Source of the DNA: Auanema rhodensis | Lineage: Eukaryota; Animalia; Nematoda | Length of the DNA: 64,000 nucleotides | Direction of reading: 5' to 3' | Assembly (NCBI GenBank): GCA_964057225.1 | Contig: OZ059894.1 | Coordinates: 1,674,001-1,738,000, forward strand | Shown here: positions 53,601 through 64,000 of the stretch, piece by piece | Numbering within the stretch: the first letter of the stretch is position 1 | How the letters are laid out: every line of letters starts with the position of its first letter | Program-made: the position numbers and the translations under genes | The notes under the pieces: generated by a model | What the model saw: the letters and a program-made list of their open reading frames with translations, nothing else | Database searches by the model: none | What the model was told of the DNA's origin: nothing

Positions 53601-55512
53601 TGTACACTCAACATAGCTTCCAAAAACATTTTGACAAAAATTTTTTCGAAAAATTTCAGAATAATTTAGCAAAAAGTAGATGTTTTTAGATTCCTTTTTT
53701 CAAGGCAAAGACGATGGACAATGTTATTCAACGAAAAAATTAATTCTTCAGGGTGAAAATCGAGGATATAAGTGTGAACTTATATCAGTTGATATCTCGG
53801 TGCATTTTTAAGCTAGCGCAAATCTGATAACACAGATCGACGCAGCTTAAAAATCCGCATCGAATGCACTACACTACATTGAGGAACGCTTGATACAAAA
53901 ATTAGTTATGATCGTTTGAAAAATGATGCATTAGTGTATGTTGAGTTTCCATGTACACTCAACATTGCTTCCAAAAACATTTTGACAAAAATTTTTTCGA
54001 AAAATTTCAAAATAATTTAGCAAAAAGTAGATGTTTTTAGATTCCTTTTTTCAAGGCAAAGACGATGGACAATGTTATTCAACGAAAAAATTAATTCTTC
54101 AGGGTGAAAATCGAGGATATAAGTGTTAACTTATATCAGTTGATATCTCGGTGCATTTTTAAGCTAGCGCAAATCTGATAACACAGATCGACGCAGCTTG
54201 AAAATCCGCATCGAATGCACTATACTACATTGAGGAACGCTTAATACAAAAATTAGTTATGATCGTTTGAAAAATGATGCATTAGTGTATGTTGAGTTTC
54301 CATGTACACTCAACATAGCTTCCAAAAACATTTTGACAAAAATTTTTTCGAAAAATTTCAGAATAATTTAGCAAAAAGTAGATGTTTTTAGATTCCTTTT
54401 TTCAAGGCAAAGACGATGGACAATGTTATTCAACGAAAAAATTAATTCTTCAGGGTGAAAATCGAGGATATAAGTGTGAACTTATATCAGTTGATATCTC
54501 GGTGCATTTTTAAGCTAGCGCAAATCTGATAACACAGATCGACGCAGCTTAAAAATCCGCATCGAATGCACTACACTACATTGAGGAACGCTTAATACAA
54601 AAATTAGTTATGATCGTTTGAAAAATGATGCATTAGTGTATGTTGAGTTTCCATGTACACTCAACATTGCTTCCAAAAACATTTTGACAAAAATTTTTTC
54701 GAAAAATTTCAAAATAATTTAGCAGAAAGTAGATGTTTTTAGATTCCTTTTTTCAAGGCAAAGACGATGGACAATGTTATTCAACGAAAAAATTAATTCT
54801 TCAGGGTGAAAATCGAGGATATAAGTGTTAACTTATATCAGTTGATATCTCGGTGCATTTTTAAGCTAGCGCAAATCTGATAACACAGATCGACGCAGCT
54901 TGAAATTCCGCATCGAATGCACTATACTACTTTGAGAAACGCTTAATACAAAAATTAGTTATGATCGTTTGAAAAATGATGCATTAGTGTATGTTGAGTT
55001 TCCATGTACACTCAACATAGCTTCCAAAAACATTTTGACAAAAATTTTTTCGAAAAATTTCAAAATAATTTAGCAAAAAGTAGATGTTTTTAGATTCCTT
55101 TTTTCAAGGCAAAGACGATGGACAATGTTATTCAACGAAAAAATTAATTCTTCAGGGTGAAAATCGAGGATATAAGTGTGAACTTATATCAGTTGATATC
55201 TCGGTGCATTTTTAAGCTAGCGCAAATCTGATAACACAGATCGACGCAGCTTGAAAATCCGCATCGAATGCACTATACTACTTTGAGAAACGCTTAATAC
55301 AAATATTAGTTATGATCGTTTGAAAAATGATGCATTAGTGTATGTTGAGTTTCCATGTACACTCAACATAGCTTCCAAAAACATTTTGACAAAAATTTTT
55401 TCGAAAAATTTCAAAATAGTTTAGCAAAAAGTAGATGTTTTTAGATTCCTTTTTTCAAGGCAAAGACGATGGACAATGTTATTCAACGAAAAAATTAATT
55501 CTTCAGGGTGAA

Positions 55513-58500
55513 AATCGAGGATATAAGTGTGAACTTATATCAGTTGATATCTCGGTGCATTTTTAAGCTAGCGCAAATCTGATAACACAGATCGACGCAG
55601 CTTAAAAATCCGCATCGAATGCACTATACTACATTGAGGAACGCTTAATACAAAAATTAGTTATGATCGTTTGAAAAATGATGCATTAGTGTATGTTGAG
55701 TTTCCATGTACACTCAACATTGCTTCCAAAAACATTTTGACAAAAATTTTTTCGAAAAATTTCAAAATAATTTAGCAGAAAGTAGATGTTTTTAGATTCC
55801 TTTTTTCAAGGCAAAGACGATGGACAATGTTATTCAACGAAAAAATTAATTCTTCAGGGTGAAAATCGAGGATATAAGTGTTAACTTATATCAGTTGATA
55901 TCTCGGTGCATTTTTAAGCTAGCGCAAATCTGATAACACAGATCGACGCAGCTTGAAAATCCGCATCGAATGCACTATACTACATTGAGGAACGCTTAAT
56001 ACAAAAATTAGTTATGATCGTTTGAAAAATGATGCATTAGTGTATGTTGAGTTTCCATGTACACTCAACATAGCTTCCAAAAACATTTTGACAAAAATTT
56101 TTTCGAAAAATTTCAGAATAATTTAGCAAAAAGTAGATGTTTTTAGATTCCTTTTTTCAAGGCAAAGACGATGGACAATGTTATTCAACGAAAAAATTAA
56201 TTCTTCAGGGTGAAAATCGAGGATATAAGTGTGAACTTATATCAGTTGATATCTCGGTGCATTTTTAAGCTAGCGCAAATCTGATAACACAGATCGACGC
56301 AGCTTAAAAATCCGCATCGAATGCACTACACTACATTGAGGAACGCTTGATACAAAAATTAGTTATGATCGTTTGAAAAATGATGCATTAGTGTATGTTG
56401 AGTTTCCATGTACACTCAACATTGCTTCCAAAAACATTTTGACAAAAATTTTTTCGAAAAATTTCAAAATAATTTAGCAAAAAGTAGATGTTTTTAGATT
56501 CCTTTTTTCAAGGCAAAGACGATGGACAATGTTATTCAACGAAAAAATTAATTCTTCAGGGTGAAAATCGAGGATATAAGTGTGAACTTATATCAGTTGA
56601 TATCTCGGTGCATTTTTAAGCTAGCGCAAATCTGATAACACAGATCGACGCAGCTTAAAAATCCGCATCGAATGCACTATACTACATTGAGGAACGCTTA
56701 ATACAAAAATTAGTTATGATCGTTTGAAAAATGATGCATTAGTGTATGTTGAGTTTCCATGTACACTCAACATTGCTTCCAAAAACATTTTGACAAAAAT
56801 TTTTTCGAAAAATTTCAAAATAATTTAGCAGAAAGTAGATGTTTTTAGATTCCTTTTTTCAAGGCAAAGACGATGGACAATGTTATTCAACGAAAAAATT
56901 AATTCTTCAGGGTGAAAATCGAGGATATAAGTGTTAACTTATATCAGTTGATATCTCGGTGCATTTTTAAGCTAGCGCAAATCTGATAACACAGATCGAC
57001 GCAGCTTGAAAATCCGCATCGAATGCACTATACTACATTGAGGAACGCTTAATACAAAAATTAGTTATGATCGTTTGAAAAATGATGCATTAGTGTATGT
57101 TGAGTTTCCATGTACACTCAACATAGCTTCCAAAAACATTTTGACAAAAATTTTTTCGAAAAATTTCAGAATAATTTAGCAAAAAGTAGATGTTTTTAGA
57201 TTCCTTTTTTCAAGGCAAAGACGATGGACAATGTTATTCAACGAAAAAATTAATTCTTCAGGGTGAAAATCGAGGATATAAGTGTGAACTTATATCAGTT
57301 GATATCTCGGTGCATTTTTAAGCTAGCGCAAATCTGATAACACAGATCGACGCAGCTTAAAAATCCGCATCGAATGCACTACACTACATTGAGGAACGCT
57401 TGATACAAAAATTAGTTATGATCGTTTGAAAAATGATGCATTAGTGTATGTTGAGTTTCCATGTACACTCAACATTGCTTCCAAAAACATTTTGACAAAA
57501 ATTTTTTCGAAAAATTTCAAAATAATTTAGCAAAAAGTAGATGTTTTTAGATTCCTTTTTTCAAGGCAAAGACGATGGACAATGTTATTCAACGAAAAAA
57601 TTAATTCTTCAGGGTGAAAATCGAGGATATAAGTGTGAACTTATATCAGTTGATATCTCGGTGCATTTTTAAGCTAGCGCAAATCTGATAACACAGATCG
57701 ACGCAGCTTAAAAATCCGCATCGAATGCACTATACTACATTGAGGAACGCTTAATACAAAAATTAGTTATGATCGTTTGAAAAATGATGCATTAGTGTAT
57801 GTTGAGTTTCCATGTACACTCAACATTGCTTCCAAAAACATTTTGACAAAAATTTTTTCGAAAAATTTCAAAATAATTTAGCAGAAAGTAGATGTTTTTA
57901 GATTCCTTTTTTCAAGGCAAAGACGATGGACAATGTTATTCAACGAAAAAATTAATTCTTCAGGGTGAAAATCGAGGATATAAGTGTTAACTTATATCAG
58001 TTGATATCTCGGTGCATTTTTAAGCTAGCGCAAATCTGATAACACAGATCGACGCAGCTTGAAAATCCGCATCGAATGCACTATACTACATTGAGGAACG
58101 CTTAATACAAAAATTAGTTATGATCGTTTGAAAAATGATGCATTAGTGTATGTTGAGTTTCCATGTACACTCAACATAGCTTCCAAAAACATTTTGACAA
58201 AAATTTTTTCGAAAAATTTCAGAATAATTTAGCAAAAAGTAGATGTTTTTAGATTCCTTTTTTCAAGGCAAAGACGATGGACAATGTTATTCAACGAAAA
58301 AATTAATTCTTCAGGGTGAAAATCGAGGATATAAGTGTGAACTTATATCAGTTGATATCTCGGTGCATTTTTAAGCTAGCGCAAATCTGATAACACAGAT
58401 CGACGCAGCTTAAAAATCCGCATCGAATGCACTACACTACATTGAGGAACGCTTGATACAAAAATTAGTTATGATCGTTTGAAAAATGATGCATTAGTGT

Positions 58501-58671
58501 ATGTTGAGTTTCCATGTACACTCAACATTGCTTCCAAAAACATTTTGACAAAAATTTTTTCGAAAAATTTCAAAATAATTTAGCAAAAAGTAGATGTTTT
58601 TAGATTCCTTTTTTCAAGGCAAAGACGATGGACAATGTTATTCAACGAAAAAATTAATTCTTCAGGGTGAA
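55513..58671. repeat. Higher-order repeat: 3-monomer unit (1053 bp) x3, M159-167
   Basis: The ordered types [CTTAAAA, CATTGCT, GCAGAAA], [GTGTTAAC, TTCAGAAT] and [CACTACAC, CTTGATAC] repeat three times, apparently identical. Confidence 0.92.
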
Positions 58672-61600
58672 AATCGAGGATATAAGTGTTAACTTATATC
58701 AGTTGATATCTCGGTGCATTTTTAAGCTAGCGCAAATCTGATAACACAGATCGACGCAGCTTGAAAATCCGCATCGAATGCACTATACTACATTGAGGAA
58801 CGCTTAATACAAAAATTAGTTATGATCGTTTGAAAAATGATGCATTAGTGTATGTTGAGTTTCCATGTACACTCAACATAGCTTCCAAAAACATTTTGAC
58901 AAAAATTTTTTCGAAAAATTTCAGAATAATTTAGCAAAAAGTAGATGTTTTTAGATTCCTTTTTTCAAGGCAAAGACGATGGACAATGTTATTCAACGAA
59001 AAAATTAATTCTTCAGGGTGAAAATCGAGGATATAAGTGTGAACTTATATCAGTTGATATCTCGGTGCATTTTTAAGCTAGCGCAAATCTGATAACACAG
59101 ATCGACGCAGCTTAAAAATCCGCATCGAATGCACTACACTACATTGAGAAACGCTTAATACAAAAATTAGTTATGATCGTTTGAAAAATGATGCATTAGT
59201 GTATGTTGAGTTTCCATGTACACTCAACATTGCTTCCAAAAACATTTTGACAAAAATTTTTTCGAAAAATTTCAAAATAATTTAGCAGAAAGTAGATGTT
59301 TTTAGATTCCTTTTTTCAAGGCAAAGACGATGGACAATGTTATTCAACGAAAAAATTAATTCTTCAGGGTGAAAATCGAGGATATAAGTGTTAACTTATA
59401 TCAGTTGATATCTCGGTGCATTTTTAAGCTAGCGCAAATCTGATAACACAGATCGACGCAGCTTAAAAATCCGCATCGAATGCACTATACTACATTGAGG
59501 AACGCTTAATACAAAAATTAGTTATGATCGTTTGAAAAATGATGCATTAGTGTATGTTGAGTTTCCATGTACACTCAACATAGCTTCCAAAAACATTTTG
59601 ACAAAAATTTTTTCAAAAAATTTCAGAATAATTTAGCAAAAAGTAGATGTTTTTAGATTCCTTTTTTCAAGGCAAAGACGATGGACAATGTTATTCAACG
59701 AAAAAATTAATTCTTCAGGGTGAAAATCGAGGATATAAGTGTGAACTTATATCAGTTGATATCTCGGTGCATTTTTAAGCTAGCGCAAATCTGATAACAC
59801 AGATCGACGCAGCTTGAAAATCCGCATCTAATGCACTATACTACTTTGAGAAACGCTTAATACAAAAATTAGTTATGATCGTTTGAAAAATGATGCATTA
59901 GTGTATGTTGAGTTTCCATGTACACTCAACATTGCTTCCAAAAACATTTTGACAAAAATTTTTTCGAAAAATTTCAAAATAATTTAGCAAAAAGTAGATG
60001 TTTTTAGATTCCTTTTTTCAAGGCAAAGACGATGGACAATGTTATTCAACGAAAAAATTAATTCTTCAGGGTGAAAATCGAGGATATAAGTGTGAACTTA
60101 TATCAGTTGATATCTCGGTGCATTTTTAAGCTAGCGCAAATCTGATAACACAGATCGACGCAGCTTAAAAATCCGCATCGAATGCACTATACTTCATTGA
60201 GGAACGCTTAATACAAAAATTAGTTATGATCGTTTGAAAAATGATGCATTAGTGTATGTTGAGTTTCCATGTACACTCAACATAGCTTCCAAAAACATTT
60301 TGACAAAAATTTTTTCGAAAAATTTCAAAATAATTTAGCAGAAAGTAGATGTTTTTAGATTCCTTTTTTCAAGGCAAAGACGATGGACAATGTTATTCAA
60401 CGAAAAAATTAATTCTTCAGGGTGAAAATCGAGGATATAAGTGTTAACTTATATCAGTTGATATCTCGGTGCATTTTTAAGCTAGCGCAAATCTGATAAC
60501 ACAGATCGACGCAGCTTAAAAATCCGCATCGAATGCACTATACTACATTGAGGAACGCTTAATACAAAAATTAGTTATGATCGTTTGAAAAATGATGCAT
60601 TAGTGTATGTTGAGTTTCCATGTACACTCAACATTGCTTCCAAAAACATTTTGACAAAAATTTTTTCGAAAAATTTCAGAATAATTTAGCAAAAAGTAGA
60701 TGTTTTTAGATTCCTTTTTTCAAGGCAAAGACGATGGACAATGTTATTCAACGAAAAAATTAATTCTTCAGGGTGAAAATCGAGGATATAAGTGTGAACT
60801 TATATCAGTTGATATCTCGGTGCATTTTTAAGCTAGCGCAAATCTGATAACACAGATCGACGCAGCTTGAAAATCCGCATCGAATGCACTATACTACATT
60901 GAGGAACGCTTAATACAAAAATTAGTTATGATCGTTTGAAAAATGATGCATTAGTGTATGTTGAGTTTCCATGTACACTCAACATAGCTTCCAAAAACAT
61001 TTTGACAAAAATTTTTTCGAAAAATTTCAGAATAATTTAGCAAAAAGTAGATGTTTTTAGATTCCTTTTTTCAAGGCAAAGACGATGGACAATGTTATTC
61101 AACGAAAAAATTAATTCTTCAGGGTGAAAATCGAGGATATAAGTGTTAACTTATATCAGTTGATATCTCGGTGCATTTTTAAGCTAGCGCAAATCTGATA
61201 ACACAGATCGACGCAGCTTAAAAATCCGCATCGAATGCACTATACTACATTGAGGAACGCTTAATACAAAAATTAGTTATGATCGTTTGAAAAATGATGC
61301 ATTAGTGTATGTTGAGTTTCCATGTACACTCAACATTGCTTCCAAAAACATTTTGACAAAAATTTTTTCGAAAAATTTCAGAATAATTTAGCAAAAAGTA
61401 GATGTTTTTAGATTCCTTTTTTCAAGGCAAAGACGATGGACAATGTTATTCAACGAAAAAATTAATTCTTCAGGGTGAAAATCGAGGATATAAGTGTGAA
61501 CTTATATCAGTTGATATCTCGGTGCATTTTTAAGCTAGCGCAAATCTGATAACACAGATCGACGCAGCTTGAAAATCCGCATCGAATGCACTATACTACA

Positions 61601-64000
61601 TTGAGGAACGCTTAATACAAAAATTAGTTATGATCGTTTGAAAAATGATGCATTAGTGTATGTTGAGTTTCCATGTACACTCAACATAGCTTCCAAAAAC
61701 ATTTTGACAAAAATTTTTTCGAAAAATTTCAGAATAATTTAGCAAAAAGTAGATGTTTTTAGATTCCTTTTTTCAAGGCAAAGACGATGGACAATGTTAT
61801 TCAACGAAAAAATTAATTCTTCAGGGTGAAAATCGAGGATATAAGTGTGAACTTATATCAGTTGATATCTCGGTGCATTTTTAAGCTAGCGCAAATCTGA
61901 TAACACAGATCGACGCAGCTTAAAAATCCGCATCGAATGCACTACACTACATTGAGGAACGCTTAATACAAAAATTAGTTATGATCGTTTGAAAAATGAT
62001 GCATTAGTGTATGTTGAGTTTCCATGTACACTCAACATTGCTTCCAAAAACATTTTGACAAAAATTTTTTCGAAAAATTTCAAAATAATTTAGCAGAAAG
62101 TAGATGTTTTTAGATTCCTTTTTTCAAGGCAAAGACGATGGACAATGTTATTCAACGAAAAAATTAATTCTTCAGGGTGAAAATCGAGGATATAAGTGTT
62201 AACTTATATCAGTTGATATCTCGGTGCATTTTTAAGCTAGCGCAAATCTGATAACACAGATCGACGCAGCTTAAAAATCCGCATCGAATGCACTATACTA
62301 CATTGAGGAACGCTTAATACAAAAATTAGTTATGATCGTTTGAAAAATGATGCATTAGTGTATGTTGAGTTTCCATGTACACTCAACATAGCTTCCAAAA
62401 ACATTTTGACAAAAATTTTTTCGAAAAATTTCAAAATAATTTAGCAAAAAGTAGATGTTTTTAGATTCCTTTTTTCAAGGCAAAGACGATGGACAATGTT
62501 ATTCAACGAAAAAATTAATTCTTCAGGGTGAAAATCGAGGATATAAGTGTTAACTTATATCAGTTGATATCTCGGTGCATTTTTAAGCTAGCGCAAATCT
62601 GATAACACAGATCGACGCAGCTTGAAAATCCGCATCGAATGCACTATACTACATTGAGGAACGCTTAATACAAAAATTAGTTATGATCGTTTGAAAAATG
62701 ATGCATTAGTGTATGTTGAGTTTCCATGTACACTCAACATAGCTTCCAAAAACATTTTGACAAAAATTTTTTCGAAAAATTTCAGAATAATTTAGCAAAA
62801 AGTAGATGTTTTTAGATTCCTTTTTTCAAGGCAAAGACGATGGACAATGTTATTCAACGAAAAAATTAATTCTTCAGGGTGAAAATCGAGGATATAAGTG
62901 TGAACTTATATCAGTTGATATCTCGGTGCATTTTTAAGCTAGCGCAAATCTGATAACACAGATCGACGCAGCTTAAAAATCCGCATCGAATGCACTACAC
63001 TACATTGAGGAACGCTTAATACAAAAATTAGTTATGATCGTTTGAAAAATGATGCATTAGTGTATGTTGAGTTTCCATGTACACTCAACATTGCTTCCAA
63101 AAACATTTTGACAAAAATTTTTTCGAAAAATTTCAAAATAATTTAGCAGAAAGTAGATGTTTTTAGATTCCTTTTTTCAAGGCAAAGACGATGGACAATG
63201 TTATTCAACGAAAAAATTAATTCTTCAGGGTGAAAATCGAGGATATAAGTGTTAACTTATATCAGTTGATATCTCGGTGCATTTTTAAGCTAGCGCAAAT
63301 CTGATAACACAGATCGACGCAGCTTAAAAATCCGCATCGAATGCACTATACTACATTGAGGAACGCTTAATACAAAAATTAGTTATGATCGTTTGAAAAA
63401 TGATGCATTAGTGTATGTTGAGTTTCCATGTACACTCAACATAGCTTCCAAAAACATTTTGACAAAAATTTTTTCAAAAAATTTCAGAATAATTTAGCAA
63501 AAAGTAGATGTTTTTAGATTCCTTTTTTCAAGGCAAAGACGATGGACAATGTTATTCAACGAAAAAATTAATTCTTCAGGGTGAAAATCGAGGATATAAG
63601 TGTGAACTTATATCAGTTGATATCTCGGTGCATTTTTAAGCTAGCGCAAATCTGATAACACAGATCGACGCAGCTTGAAAATCCGCATCTAATGCACTAT
63701 ACTACTTTGAGAAACGCTTAATACAAAAATTAGTTATGATCGTTTGAAAAATGATGCATTAGTGTATGTTGAGTTTCCATGTACACTCAACATTGCTTCC
63801 AAAAACATTTTGACAAAAATTTTTTCGAAAAATTTCAAAATAATTTAGCAAAAAGTAGATGTTTTTAGATTCCTTTTTTCAAGGCAAAGACGATGGACAA
63901 TGTTATTCAACGAAAAAATTAATTCTTCAGGGTGAAAATCGAGGATATAAGTGTGAACTTATATCAGTTGATATCTCGGTGCATTTTTAAGCTAGCGCAA

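Larger units (their letters stand above)
1..64000. repeat. Tandem satellite DNA array, 351-bp monomer, about 182 copies, head-to-tail, truncated by both window ends
   Basis: AATCGAGGATATAAGTGT recurs at 1, 352, 703 and so on, and stays exactly in register at 7021, 14041, 21061, 28081, 35101, 42121 and 49141 (multiples of 20x351). After the 54-bp insertion the register resumes at 51301 and 58321. Copies differ by a few substitutions each. Confidence 0.99.

Noticed and set aside
1-64000. Tandem protein-coding repeat, since 351 = 3 x 117 preserves frame
   Set aside because: All three forward frames hit stops within the first 70 bp (TAA at 52, TGA at 68, TAA at 12), and all three reverse frames contain stops. 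The ATG-initiated ORFs I checked are only about 10 codons long.
1-64000. CRISPR array, suggested by palindromic 20-30-bp motifs at regular spacing
   Set aside because: The sequence between the palindromes is near-identical in every unit, so there are no unique spacers. The period is far too long and no cas genes are present.
1-64000. About nine tri-allelic positions (p14, 112, 143, 146, 186, 234, 258, 310, 315) as mutation hotspots
   Set aside because: With roughly 80 distinct mutations over 351 sites, several double hits are expected by chance.
1-64000. Rolling-circle or concatemer sequencing artefact of a single small circle
   Set aside because: The variants are shared, linked and hierarchically ordered along the array, which fits evolved genomic satellite DNA rather than random read error.

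Overview
The whole 64 kb window is one head-to-tail tandem array (satellite DNA) of a 351-bp monomer, about 32% GC by hand count. It holds about 182 copies, all in one orientation, and the array runs past both ends of the window. I find no protein-coding gene, RNA gene, CRISPR array or inserted mobile element, and all six frames of the monomer contain stop codons. Copies differ by only a few substitutions. Monomer length is strictly invariant except for one 54-bp tandem duplication at 50560-50667. Reading diagnostic substitutions copy by copy shows three haplotype domains (about 1-12987, 12988-19305 and 19306-64000) and many local higher-order duplications (2-, 3-, 4-, 5-, 6-, 8- and about 21-mers). 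The monomer is rich in inverted repeats; its two best hairpins lie half a monomer apart (176/175 bp). The array is most consistent with eukaryotic, probably invertebrate-type, centromeric or pericentromeric satellite DNA, but I cannot assign organism, family or function from sequence alone. Notation: Mn = monomer n, starting at 1+351*(n-1), plus 54 after M145; pN = position within the monomer. All variant calls were made by eye.
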